64,000 nt of DNA from Myxococcales bacterium (lineage in GTDB: Bacteria; Myxococcota_A; Polyangia; Polyangiales; Polyangiaceae), in the NCBI GenBank assembly GCA_043747615.1, contig JAYTOU010000060.1, positions 96,001 to 160,000 of the forward strand, in the 5' to 3' direction. Every line of letters starts with the position of its first letter. Within the stretch, counting starts at the first letter, position 1. The notes beneath the pieces were generated by a model. It saw nothing but the letters and a program-made list of their open reading frames with translations, did no database searches and was not told the origin of the DNA. Made by a program: the position numbers and the translations under genes. Positions 1-9,161 of the stretch are shown piece after piece.

Positions 1-126
1 GGCATGCAGCGCTCGCCGAACATGCAGCACTCGACGGACATGGATCACTCGCCGACCTCGCCCCCGGGCATGCCGAGCATGAAGAGCAGCATGGGCACTA
101 ACCCCCGGTCCACCGGTCAGCGGTGA
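1..126 (+). CDS. 3' end of an upstream gene (partial, Met/Ser/Pro-rich tail)
   Basis: Frame 1 is open from base 1 (GMQRSPNMQHSTDMDHSPTSPPGMPSMKSSMGTNPRSTGQR*). Its TGA at 124-126 overlaps the next ATG (TGATG). Confidence 0.55.
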   Translation, partial: GMQRSPNMQHSTDMDHSPTSPPGMPSMKSSMGTNPRSTGQR

Positions 127-518
127 TGCAGTCGGATCCTCGGCAGCGATCGGTGGGAGAGCTCTTGGCAGAGCTTGCGGGCGAGACGACAACGCTCGTA
201 CGTGCGGAGGTGAAGCTCGCGACGACGGAGATGACCCAAAAGGCGACTGACGCTGGCAAGCAAGCCGCCGTCGTCGCCGCCGGGTCGCTCCTTGGAGCGG
301 TGAGCCTTCTGATTCTCCTTTCCGCGCTCGTCCTCGGGCTGGGCACGGTGATTCCCCTCTGGGCATCCGCGCTGCTCGTCGGCGCTGTAGTCGGCGTCGT
401 TGCGTTCATCGTCATCCAGGTCGGGCTCACGGCGCTCAAGCGCGTGGACCCCACCCCGAAGCAAACGATTAAGAGTCTCCAGGAGAACAGGCAATGGATT
501 CAGGAACAAATCCGATGA
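126..518 (+). CDS. Phage-holin-family (YhjD/YqjE-like) stress membrane protein
   Basis: Motif SVGELLAELAGETTTLVRAEVKLATTEM, two hydrophobic helices, then PKQTIKSLQEN. ATG at 126 is coupled to the upstream stop. Confidence 0.85.
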   Translation: MQSDPRQRSVGELLAELAGETTTLVRAEVKLATTEMTQKATDAGKQAAVVAAGSLLGAVSLLILLSALVLGLGTVIPLWASALLVGAVVGVVAFIVIQVGLTALKRVDPTPKQTIKSLQENRQWIQEQIR

Positions 519-1645
519 AGGACAAGAATGGCTCGGACGCTCTCGACAAGAGCGGGTCGCACAAAGAAACGAACGAGATCCACGCAAGCATCGCTCAGAC
601 GCGGGCCGAGATGAGCGGGACCATCGACGAGCTGCACGGCAGGCTCAATCCGGCGGTGTTGAAGGAGCAGGCGCTTGAGCAGTTCTACGAGGCGAAGGCT
701 TCGATCAAGGCGGAAGTCACTTCCGAATTCAACGAAGCGAAGAGCGCGCTCAAAGCGGAGCTCAATGATGTCACCTCGTCGCTCAAGGCTGAAGTCAAGG
801 CCGAGCTCGAGCAAGCCAAAGCAATCTTGAAACAAGAACTCAGCGACACGAAAGCAGCCGTGCGTGAGGCAACCATTGGAAAGGTCGAGCACATGGTCCA
901 CAGCGCAAAAGAGACGGTCACCGATACGGGCAGCTCCTTCGTCGACACGATCAAAGCGAACCCGATTCCCGCGGCGCTCGCCGGAGTCGGGCTTGCGTGG
1001 CTCTTCATGAACATGCGCGCGACATCGCAGCAGAAGAGCGCGGGCACTTTCCGCGGCCGTGGCGACCACCGCCCCATCGGGGTCTACGGCCATGACGAGT
1101 CCGGTCCCGTCGGTCGCGCGATGCATCAACTCGGCGAAAAGGCCGGGCACGTTGCGCAGGCGGTCCAGCGCACCGCCGGTAACGTCGCTCACCAGGCGAG
1201 CGATTTGGCGCAGAAAACACAGACCTCGGTCGGAGCGATGGCGCACGACGCGCAAGAGTCTGTCACCCATCTCGCGCACGATGCGCAAGCGTCGGTCGGG
1301 CAGTACGCCCATGACGCGCAAGCTACTGCAAGTCAGTTTGCGCAGCAGGCGCAGCGCCAGGCTCGCCAGGTAGGGACGCGCTTCGAGACGACGTTGCACG
1401 ACAATCCTCTCGCGGTCGGCGCCGTGGTGCTTGCGATCGGTACGGCGGTCGGTCTCGCGATTCCCACCACTCGTCGCGAAGACAAGTGGATGGGCGCAGC
1501 CCGAGACGACGTCATGGGCAAGGCGGAAGAGCTCGCCCACGGCGCCCTCGGTCAGGTCGAGGAAGCGGTCAAGCACCTCGGCGAGGACATGAGCAAGTCG
1601 CTGAAAAGCAACGGTACGAAGCTCCCGGCGGCGGTGCATTCGTGA
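515..1645 (+). CDS. DUF3618-domain protein with LEA-like repeats and a YqjD/ElaB (DUF883)-like C-terminus
   Basis: EIHASIAQTRAEMSGTIDELHGRLNP is a DUF3618 motif. Two NPxxxxLxxxG membrane segments and 11-mer AHDAQ repeats are present. ATGA overlap with the holin stop at 515-518. Confidence 0.8.
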   Translation: MKDKNGSDALDKSGSHKETNEIHASIAQTRAEMSGTIDELHGRLNPAVLKEQALEQFYEAKASIKAEVTSEFNEAKSALKAELNDVTSSLKAEVKAELEQAKAILKQELSDTKAAVREATIGKVEHMVHSAKETVTDTGSSFVDTIKANPIPAALAGVGLAWLFMNMRATSQQKSAGTFRGRGDHRPIGVYGHDESGPVGRAMHQLGEKAGHVAQAVQRTAGNVAHQASDLAQKTQTSVGAMAHDAQESVTHLAHDAQASVGQYAHDAQATASQFAQQAQRQARQVGTRFETTLHDNPLAVGAVVLAIGTAVGLAIPTTRREDKWMGAARDDVMGKAEELAHGALGQVEEAVKHLGEDMSKSLKSNGTKLPAAVHS

Positions 1646-1770
1646 AGACCGCCGAACTGCTCGAAAAGCAGCACCGAAAGGTCGAGGGACTCTTCGCGAA
1701 GCTCTAGAGCGGTTCGGGTAACGCATCCGAGCTCGTCATTCACATTGAACAAAAGGAGAACCATGAATAA
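1642..1770 (+). pseudogene. Hemerythrin-domain remnant
   Basis: GTGA overlap with the previous stop. Reads MKTAELLEKQHRKVEGLFAKL*SGSGNASELVIHIEQ, matching the hemerythrin N-terminal helix, with an in-frame TAG (1705-1707) and an internal deletion. Confidence 0.6.
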
Positions 1771-2395
1771 GCAACTTGCCATTCTCAGTACTGCACTTTT
1801 CGTCGCCGCATGCGGCGGCTCGAACAGCCCTGCTCAAGATCCGTCGTCACCCAGCACGACATCAGCCTCCGTCGACAACACGGCTATGTATCCCGCGATG
1901 TCTAACCCGACTCCCGCCCCGGCCGCTCCCACCCAGACCTCGTCACCGACGATGGCGGCGACCCCGACCACCCAGCCCTCCCAGCCGAAAGATGATTCGA
2001 ACAAGAATGCGGCCATGTCTGGCTCCATGTCTGGCAATGGCTCTCCCACCGCGGCCGCTACCGTGGGGGTCAACCAAAACCCGGGCGTCGCCGACGGAAC
2101 GAAGAACGCAGACAACACGAAGATCAACGACCGCGATCGTCACGGCGCGCTGACGCCGATGGACCAAGGCGGCAGCGAAGCAGAGCGAAACATCACCGCT
2201 TCGATCCGTAAAGGCGTCGTGGGCGACAAGTCGCTCTCGTTCACCGCCAAGAACGTGAAGATCATCACCAACGGCACGAAGGTCACCCTTCGCGGGGCGG
2301 TGAAGACCGATCAAGAAAGGTCTGCCATCGAGCTTCGCGCAAAGCAGACCGCAGGCGTCACCGACGTGGACAACCAAATTGAAGTGAAGAAGTAA
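1763..2395 (+). CDS. BON-domain (OsmY-like) lipoprotein
   Basis: AAGGAG RBS, lipobox FVAAC, Pro/Thr/Ser linker, and C-terminal BON motif (NVKIITNGTKVTLRGAV...GVTDVDNQIEV). Confidence 0.9.
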   Translation: MNKQLAILSTALFVAACGGSNSPAQDPSSPSTTSASVDNTAMYPAMSNPTPAPAAPTQTSSPTMAATPTTQPSQPKDDSNKNAAMSGSMSGNGSPTAAATVGVNQNPGVADGTKNADNTKINDRDRHGALTPMDQGGSEAERNITASIRKGVVGDKSLSFTAKNVKIITNGTKVTLRGAVKTDQERSAIELRAKQTAGVTDVDNQIEVKK

Positions 2396-2429
2396 ACGTA
2401 GTTCGATTTACGAACGAAAGAGGAACGTC

Positions 2430-2978
2430 ATGAAAAAAGCAGTCATGTGTATTGTGCAGAACCGCAGCGAAGCCGAGGGGATCGTCGGTCAGCTTCAGAG
2501 CGCCGGGTTTTCGAACAACGACATCTCCGTTCTCTTCCCGAACAAGGAAGGCACGAAAGACTTCGCCCATGAGCACAACACCAAGGCGCCCGAAGGCGCG
2601 GTCGCTGGCGCTGGAGCCGGCGGTGCCGTTGGCGGAACCCTTGGTCTGCTCGCCGGCATTGGGGCTCTCGCGATTCCGGGCTTTGGTCCGTTCATCGCGG
2701 CCGGTCCACTGCTTGCGGCGTTGAGCGGGGCGGCGGCGGGCGCTGCGGTCGGCGGCGTGGCTGGCGCGCTCGTGGGGATGGGTATCCCGGAGATCGAGGC
2801 CAAGCGCTACGAAGGAAAAATCAAGGGCGGCAATATCTTGATCTCGGTCCACGCCGAAACGAGCGATGAGCAGAAGCGCGCTGAACACGTCTTCAAGACT
2901 GCGCGCGCGGAAGACATCTGCTCAGCGACCGAATCAAGCGTGCCGAAGGGTGACAACAGGCCGCACAGCGTCGTCTGA
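2430..2978 (+). CDS. General stress membrane protein (YflT/DUF3341-like, glycine zipper)
   Basis: GFSNNDISVL, GGTLGLLAGIGALAIPGFGPFIAAGP, and GIPEIEAKRYEGKIKGGNILISVH motifs. AGAGGA RBS. Confidence 0.85.
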   Translation: MKKAVMCIVQNRSEAEGIVGQLQSAGFSNNDISVLFPNKEGTKDFAHEHNTKAPEGAVAGAGAGGAVGGTLGLLAGIGALAIPGFGPFIAAGPLLAALSGAAAGAAVGGVAGALVGMGIPEIEAKRYEGKIKGGNILISVHAETSDEQKRAEHVFKTARAEDICSATESSVPKGDNRPHSVV

Positions 2979-2996
2979 GGACCATCGGTTGATGGG

Positions 2997-3039
2997 GGAA
3001 CTGGTCGCAGCCTTCGGGTCGCGGCCATTCCTTTTTTTT
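2997..3039 (+). terminator. Rho-independent terminator of the stress cluster
   Basis: GGAAcTGGTCGCAGCC-TTCG-GGTCGCGGCCATTCC hairpin followed by T8. Confidence 0.8.
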
Positions 3040-3259
3040 GTCGCTCCAAATTGTGCCTGGCGACCATCGTCGGCGCATCCTCATTCGTCGTCACCGCTTT
3101 GGCGGCCATCGTTCATTTCGTTTCAGGGAGCTGACCCAGGTGCGCTCCGGGATGGCTAATCGCCACGCCGAGCGTAGACGCACGGTCGTTGGCGTAGGAG
3201 ACCCAGCTAAACCGGCGGGATAACACGGCGCGGTAGTGGGACCCAAACTTGCTTAGAGC

Positions 3260-4636
3260 GTGACGATGGATCACTACGCGGCATTCTTCCAGTCCGTGCT
3301 TCACCCCGCCTGGGAGACGTACTTCCGAAAACGCCCCACCCTGCCGCACCTCGCGACACTCCGGCGAACGCAGTGGCTGTCTCTAGACGAACTCACGGCG
3401 TTCCAAATGCGCGAGCTCTCGAAGCTGCTTCGGCATGCGCAGGAGAACGTCCCCTACTACCGCCAGACCATGGGCCGTGCGGGCGTCGCTGCGTCGGACT
3501 TCCGAGCTCCGGACGACATCCGAAAGCTTCCACTGTTGTCTCGGGACCTCGCTCGCGAAACGGTCCAAGCGCGAACGGCAGTCGCGCCGCCGTTTCCGGC
3601 CATCCTCAAGACGACCAGCGGCAGCTCGGGCAACCCGCTCGCGTTTGCCTACGACGCGGGCAGCGAATCCTGGCGTCAAGCAGTCAAGCTACGAGGCTAC
3701 GAATGGGCAGGGTATCGCCCGGGGGATCGGGTACTTCACTATTGGGGGCCGCCCCCTCGTCCGCAACCGCCGCTCGCCAAGCGGCTGAAAGTGGCAGTCG
3801 ATCGTGCCATTCGGCGCGAGCACTACCTCGATTGCGTGTCCCAGGACGAAGCGCATCTTTTGGACGCCGTAAAGATGATCCAAACCCGGCGCCCGAAGGT
3901 CATTGTTTGCTACGCTCAATCGGGAGCCGCCCTCGCGCGGTTTGTCGTCGACCGCGGGCTTCGGGACTGGAAGAAGATTCCTGTCATCTGCGGCGCTGAG
4001 CCGCTCTTTTCGCACGACCGTGCCATCATGGAGCGCGCATTTGGGCCTGCTGTTTTCGATACCTACGGCTGCCGCGAGACGATGCTCATCGCCACCGAAT
4101 GCGCGGCGCACGACGGCCTCCACATGTCGATGGAGAATATCCTGGTGGAGATTCTAGTCATCGGTCGTGACGGCTCGGAGCGCCCCGCCAAACCTGGCGA
4201 AGTAGGCAATGTAGTGATTACTGATCTTCATAACCTCGGCCAACCATTGATCCGTTATGTCAATGGTGATCTCGCTGTCGCCGGAGACAACGGACTCTGC
4301 GGCTGCGGGCGCGCCATTCCGCGGATAGCGTCCGTAGATGGGCGGGTCACCGAGGCCCTCACCGACGGTAAAGGCGGCCGCGTGCAAGGCATGTACTTCT
4401 GCACGATCATGGTCCCGCTAGCGCACGCAATCCGGCGGTATCAGGCCACGCAACACAAGGATCGGGCGATTACCTTGCAGATCGTTCCGACGGACGAATA
4501 CGGAACGGACACCGCCCGAATTCTCCGCGACAACATCAGCCGCGCAATACCGGGCGTGCCACTGAAGATCGAGCTCGTGGACTCCATCGCGTCCGGCGCG
4601 TCGGGCAAAGCGCGCTCCGTGGTCGTCGAGCACTGA
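3260..4636 (+). CDS. Phenylacetate-CoA ligase family (CapK-like) adenylating enzyme
   Basis: HAQENVPYY, TTSGSSGNP, DTYGCRE, ITDLHNLGQPLIRYVNGDL, CGCGR and DGR motifs. Confidence 0.9.
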   Translation: MTMDHYAAFFQSVLHPAWETYFRKRPTLPHLATLRRTQWLSLDELTAFQMRELSKLLRHAQENVPYYRQTMGRAGVAASDFRAPDDIRKLPLLSRDLARETVQARTAVAPPFPAILKTTSGSSGNPLAFAYDAGSESWRQAVKLRGYEWAGYRPGDRVLHYWGPPPRPQPPLAKRLKVAVDRAIRREHYLDCVSQDEAHLLDAVKMIQTRRPKVIVCYAQSGAALARFVVDRGLRDWKKIPVICGAEPLFSHDRAIMERAFGPAVFDTYGCRETMLIATECAAHDGLHMSMENILVEILVIGRDGSERPAKPGEVGNVVITDLHNLGQPLIRYVNGDLAVAGDNGLCGCGRAIPRIASVDGRVTEALTDGKGGRVQGMYFCTIMVPLAHAIRRYQATQHKDRAITLQIVPTDEYGTDTARILRDNISRAIPGVPLKIELVDSIASGASGKARSVVVEH

Positions 4637-4725
4637 CGTGCACTGAGGCGCTGCATCTTGCCTCGCCGTGCGCATCGGCCTCTCCCAAGAAAGGCGAAAG
4701 AGCCATTTTCCGCGCGCGCATCCTG

Positions 4726-4741
4726 TGGCACGCATTTGGCA
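4726..4741 (+). promoter_or_regulatory. Putative sigma54 (-24/-12) promoter
   Basis: TGGCACGCATTTGGCA versus consensus TGGCACG-N4-TTGCA: correct GG-N10-GC spacing with one mismatch. Confidence 0.55.
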
Positions 4742-4809
4742 GATGATTCTTATAGCCGACCGACACAGCGGTTCGACGGACGAAGCTCACTCTCACAAAG
4801 GAGAACATC

Positions 4810-4887
4810 ATGAAATACGGAATCGCATGGCTCCTCGGCGTGCCCCCCATCTTCCTCCTCGGCTGGTACGTTCTAAGTCACTGCTGA
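4810..4887 (+). CDS. 25-aa single-helix membrane peptide (missing from the ORF track)
   Basis: AAAGGAG RBS 6 nt before ATG. Sequence MKYGIAWLLGVPPIFLLGWYVLSHC*. Lies downstream of a sigma54-like site. Confidence 0.7.
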   Translation: MKYGIAWLLGVPPIFLLGWYVLSHC

Positions 4888-4892
4888 GCAGC

Positions 4893-6611
4893 GTGACTTT
4901 GAAGGCGGACCCCGCCGCCACGACGCTCTCCGCGTTGCTTCTCGCGGCCTCGCTCACTGCGTGCGCAGCTCCCGCCAAGCTCGCCGAGCTCGTTGTGCGC
5001 GGTGATTCGCGTGAGATCTCGATCCGCGTAAAGGGTGCTCCACCAAATTCGCCCGGCAAGCCTGCAGTGCTCTTCCTTGCTTTGGACGGTGTCGACCGCA
5101 CAATCATGTACGACATGCTCCGCAAAGGCGAGATGCCAAATCTGGCGTTTCTCTTAGGCGGCCAAGACCACGGTCGCTTTCCTCACGCTTACTTTGAACC
5201 GTCGTTCATCTCTACCCTTCCGTCTTCGACGATGACTGCGTGGGCGACCGCGATGACCGGCGTCGTCCCAGCGCGGCACGGCGTAGCGGGGAACGAGTTT
5301 TTCACTCGCGAGTCGCGCCGTCTCGGGGCCCCGGCTCCCGTCAGCTTTCCCGATTCTAAACCTAGCCTCGCGATCTATACCGACGGCTACTTGAACAGCC
5401 TCGTAAAGGCGCCAACCGTCTACGAGCGGATGCGGGCCACTGATCCGAACGTGCTCATCTGGGTCGCGATGCACCAGATCTTCGCGGGCGCCGACCGCCT
5501 ACTCCTGGCGCGACCGACCGTCATCGCAACCGCTTTCGAAGAGTTCGTCGGTGAGCACTTGGAGCAAGCCGCAAGGGCAGGCAAGAAGACGCAGTCGCGC
5601 AAGCTCTACGAAAAAATCGACAACGACGTGATCGATGTCGTGAAAGACGCCCTCGAAAAAGGTCCGCTGCCCGACGTGCTGACGGTCTACCTCTCCGGAA
5701 CGGATCTTTATGCGCACATTGCCGAGGAAGGACCCGAGCCTGCGCGGCGCGTGTACCTCCGTGAGGTCGTCGACCCGGCCATCGGCAGACTGACCGCCGC
5801 CCTGCGCGCACGCGACGCGCTCAAGGATCGTTACGTCGTTCTCACTTCGGATCACGGCCACACCCAGGTGGTCTACGACGACGCTCATGCAATCTCGACG
5901 ACCTCTGACAACGGATTGCCCGCGCTCATGAAGAAGGCGGGTTACCGTGTCCGTCCTTTCAAAATGGACGTGTCCGAGAAGGACGATTTCAGCGCCGTCC
6001 TCACCGAGGGCGGAGCGATGGCCTACCTTTACGTCGCCGACCGATCGACGTGCGCGAAGGCGAAAGACGTATGCGATTGGACCAAGGCGCCGCGCTTCGA
6101 AGAAGACGTCGTCCCGTTGGCCGAGGCGCTCTACACGAACAACAAGGACGGAGCGTTGTCGCCGAGCATGAAAGAGACGCTCGATCTGATTCTGACGCGA
6201 CGCCCAAAGCCTCACGACGAAGACGATCTTCCCTTCGAGGTCTACGTCGGTGCTGGAAAAACGGTCCCCGTCGACGAGTACCTCAAGGAGCACCCGCACT
6301 CGACGTACGTCGAGGTGCAGTCACGCCTTCGTGATCTCGCGGTCGGTCCGTACGGCGAGCACGCAGGAGACATCCTCCTCCTTGCGCACAACGGCGATCG
6401 CGCCACGCCGGCGGAGCGATTCTACTTCGCGGCACGCTACCATTCGTGGCACGGCAGCCCCTCGCGGACGGACTCCGACATCCCGCTCATCGTCGCCCAC
6501 CCGAATCAAACGAGTGAGGCCTTGCAAGTGCGCGTGTCGCACGTGCTCGGCGACGAGCCGCGTCAACAGAAGGTCACCGATCTTCTTCTCGAGCTCCGGT
6601 CCGGCAAGTGA
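4893..6611 (+). CDS. Alkaline phosphatase superfamily (type I phosphodiesterase/nucleotide pyrophosphatase) lipoprotein
   Basis: FLALDG, PSSTMTAW..MTGV.P..HGV.GN, DLYAH, VLTSDHGH and WHGS metal ligands. Lipobox LTAC. The GTG start at 4893 is inferred. Confidence 0.85.
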   Translation: MTLKADPAATTLSALLLAASLTACAAPAKLAELVVRGDSREISIRVKGAPPNSPGKPAVLFLALDGVDRTIMYDMLRKGEMPNLAFLLGGQDHGRFPHAYFEPSFISTLPSSTMTAWATAMTGVVPARHGVAGNEFFTRESRRLGAPAPVSFPDSKPSLAIYTDGYLNSLVKAPTVYERMRATDPNVLIWVAMHQIFAGADRLLLARPTVIATAFEEFVGEHLEQAARAGKKTQSRKLYEKIDNDVIDVVKDALEKGPLPDVLTVYLSGTDLYAHIAEEGPEPARRVYLREVVDPAIGRLTAALRARDALKDRYVVLTSDHGHTQVVYDDAHAISTTSDNGLPALMKKAGYRVRPFKMDVSEKDDFSAVLTEGGAMAYLYVADRSTCAKAKDVCDWTKAPRFEEDVVPLAEALYTNNKDGALSPSMKETLDLILTRRPKPHDEDDLPFEVYVGAGKTVPVDEYLKEHPHSTYVEVQSRLRDLAVGPYGEHAGDILLLAHNGDRATPAERFYFAARYHSWHGSPSRTDSDIPLIVAHPNQTSEALQVRVSHVLGDEPRQQKVTDLLLELRSGK

Positions 6612-6870
6612 CCGGTGTACTCTGCAACATCGGCTCGCACGTCGGGTTCGTCATCGACCACCAGGACGGCTAATTCGCGCAGAACGTGGAAAACGACGAC
6701 AGCAGGGCCCCGCCCCGGCCACGCGAGTTCGCGGCCGAGGAACCCCGTGCTTCGTGAGGCATGACGCCACGTGTGACGAAATTGCGGCTCATCGCGCAGG
6801 TGCGAACGGCATTTATTGCGGTCGAAAGGAAGAGTGTGCACTTGGCCCAACCCCTGCATGCGCGGCGCCC

Positions 6871-7506
6871 ATGAAAAGTTCGCCCGCGGCGAGATGTATC
6901 TCGGTCACGAAGAGTGGCGTCCGATGCTCGCTGAAGTGCGCACCATGGGGCGACGGAAACCTATGTCGCACGCATTTTCACCGCACGCCGCTGCCGCCCC
7001 CGCTGTCGAACGAAGAGCTCACAGACTGGATTCGTGCGACGACGAAGGACGACCCTGAGCGCTTGAAGCAGGTCGCGGCGTTGTTGCTCGAGTCTTCTGC
7101 GCGAGTGGCGTCGAGCCCGCACGTGCTCGGTGACGCCGACGTAGGTCCCGTACGCGTGAACCCGAGCGACGAGCCCGTGGCGCGAGAGTCACCTCTCAAG
7201 CGGCGAAGGGAAGAGGAAGCGGCGCGAGGCTGGGCGCGCTTCCGACAGAAGCTACAGACCATCACCTCGTACCTCGACGCCCAAACGTTGGCAGACGCCG
7301 TTCCGAGAGATGCCAGAGAGCGCGAGCGGACCCTCCACGTGCGCCTCGGTCGATTCCTACAAACGCGTGTCGTGTCCGACGCCGCGTCTAGCGAGGAGCG
7401 CGCAGAGCTAGACGTCTTGCTGCTTCGACTGTCGAGCCCGATAGTTCCAGTGGACCCGCATGCCGCCGCTGAGTCGATTCGTCAGGGCGCCACGGCCTGC
7501 TCGTAG
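6871..7506 (+). CDS. Hypothetical protein with an N-terminal Cys/His cluster (possible Zn finger)
   Basis: Begins MKSSPAARCISVTKSGVRCSLKCAPWGDGNLCRTH, followed by a helical region. The start is inferred within the 6250-7506 ORF. Confidence 0.5.
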   Translation: MKSSPAARCISVTKSGVRCSLKCAPWGDGNLCRTHFHRTPLPPPLSNEELTDWIRATTKDDPERLKQVAALLLESSARVASSPHVLGDADVGPVRVNPSDEPVARESPLKRRREEEAARGWARFRQKLQTITSYLDAQTLADAVPRDARERERTLHVRLGRFLQTRVVSDAASSEERAELDVLLLRLSSPIVPVDPHAAAESIRQGATACS

Positions 7507-7541
7507 GTGCGGCAGCTTGCGGCTCGCCGGCGCACAGGACG

Positions 7542-8696
7542 GTGGCGCTCGCCGCGAAAGGGTTTCGCCCCTTCTTCTTGCTCGCAGCAGCGTTCGCGGT
7601 GGCGATTCTTCCGCTATGGATGCTCACGCTCGTCGGAATTCTGAATCCGACTTTCTACCTAGACGCCGTTTCCTGGCACGCGCACGAGATGGTCTTCGGC
7701 TTCGCCGTGGCGGTGATCGCCGGCTTTCTCCTCACCGCGGTAGGCAACTGGACGAAGCGAGAAACGGCGGTCGGCGTGCCGCTCCTCGCGCTGTCTGCAG
7801 TGTGGCTGCTCGGACGGATCGCGATCACGGGGGCTCCGCTCTTTCTGCATTGGTTCACGGCAGTGGCGGACCTCGCGTTCTTGCCCGTGCTCATCGTCGT
7901 CCTCGCCCGCCCGCTCATCGCTTCGAAGAACCACCGAAACCTCGTGATGCTCGGGCTTCTCGGCGCGCTCTTTCTTGCCAATCTCGCGATTCACCTCGAC
8001 GTGCTCGGAGTGCTTCCCGGCTGGCGTCGGCGCGGCAACTTCTTCGCGATCGATCTGGTGATCCTCGTCATCCTGCTCATGGCGGGGCGTGTCTTTCCGA
8101 TGTTCACGCGCAATGCTACCGACGTCGCGTCGATCCGCGCTCTTCCCGCACTCGACCTCGCGACCGTAGTGGCGATGGGCACTCTCGCACTCCTCGACGC
8201 GTTCGCCGCGCCTCCCATGGTCGCTGGAGTCGCGGCCGGAGTCACCGGTATCCTCGCCGCCGCGCGGAGCGTGCATTGGGGCGCGCGCCACGTCTTCAAG
8301 TTGCCGCTCGTGTGGATCCTTCACGTCGGCTACGCGTGGATCCCACTCGGCCTCGTCTTGCGGGGGCTCTCAGCGTTCGGGAGTGCGGTTCCAAGCTCGG
8401 TCGCCACCCACGCTCTCACCGTCGGAGGCATCGGCGCGCTGACCCTCGGAATGATGTCGCGCGTCGCGCTCGGCCACACCGGACGCGCGCTCACCGTGAG
8501 CCCGCCGGTCGTCGCCTCGTTCGTGCTGGTGACCCTCGCGGCCATGGTGCGCGTCCTGATTCCGCTCGTGTCTCCCGCCTCGTACCGGCCGTCGCTCTTC
8601 GTTGCCGGGAGCCTATGGACTGCAGCGTTTGGCATCTACCTCGTGGTCCACGCGCCCATGCTCGTGATGGCGAGGCCGGACGGCAAAGTCGGGTGA
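7542..8696 (+). CDS. nnrS: NnrS family membrane protein (NO response)
   Basis: GFRPFFL, WHAHEMVFGF..AVIAGFLLTAV.NWT, GRV.PMFT, LHVGY.W and MMSRVALGHTGR motifs. Confidence 0.92.
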   Translation: MALAAKGFRPFFLLAAAFAVAILPLWMLTLVGILNPTFYLDAVSWHAHEMVFGFAVAVIAGFLLTAVGNWTKRETAVGVPLLALSAVWLLGRIAITGAPLFLHWFTAVADLAFLPVLIVVLARPLIASKNHRNLVMLGLLGALFLANLAIHLDVLGVLPGWRRRGNFFAIDLVILVILLMAGRVFPMFTRNATDVASIRALPALDLATVVAMGTLALLDAFAAPPMVAGVAAGVTGILAAARSVHWGARHVFKLPLVWILHVGYAWIPLGLVLRGLSAFGSAVPSSVATHALTVGGIGALTLGMMSRVALGHTGRALTVSPPVVASFVLVTLAAMVRVLIPLVSPASYRPSLFVAGSLWTAAFGIYLVVHAPMLVMARPDGKVG

Positions 8697-9161
8697 GGCT
8701 CTGCGAGAGACTTGAGCATCGTCAGCGAGCGAAGACAGCAGCCTCGGGCTCAGTGGCGCCGGCCCCACGAGTTCCGACGAAGCGCGCGTTCATTCGCTAC
8801 GGGCATAGCAGACACCGCGCCGCGAAGACGCGAACGCTGCTGACGTAAAATTCGACACTGCAGTGCGTCGTCGGTGAATTCGAACAGTCGCGCAAAATCT
8901 TCGAGAGAGTCGCGGAGAGACGACGCACCACCATGAGCGTTTCGGTAGGTGCACGTAGATCCGGCGACCACTTACTTCATATGACGCAGGAGATACTTCT
9001 GGCGCTCAGATCGGACGAGAACAAGATGCGCTGGTCTGACGGGCCGAGCGTAGCGAACGCATCATGAGCCCGCGTGACGAACGCGACCGAAGGCGACGCC
9101 CTCGGGTCGGCGACGTGTGCCTTTTCTCCGCAGTCAAACCCTCTGAATAGATGGAGCTGAC

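Noticed and set aside
126..518. Prophage lysis gene
   Set aside because: The holin-family label fits YqjE/YhjD-like stress proteins. No endolysin, capsid or other phage genes are nearby.
3260..4636. Phenylacetate catabolism or a secondary-metabolite cluster
   Set aside because: No paa, NRPS or carrier-protein genes are adjacent. It looks like a lone CapK-type enzyme.
4668..4892. Long N-terminal extension of the phosphodiesterase ORF
   Set aside because: The lipoprotein signal starts near 4893, and this region is better explained by a promoter plus the 25-aa peptide.
8697..9161. Riboswitch or ncRNA upstream of the secreted repeat protein
   Set aside because: No recognisable aptamer consensus or terminator could be identified by eye.
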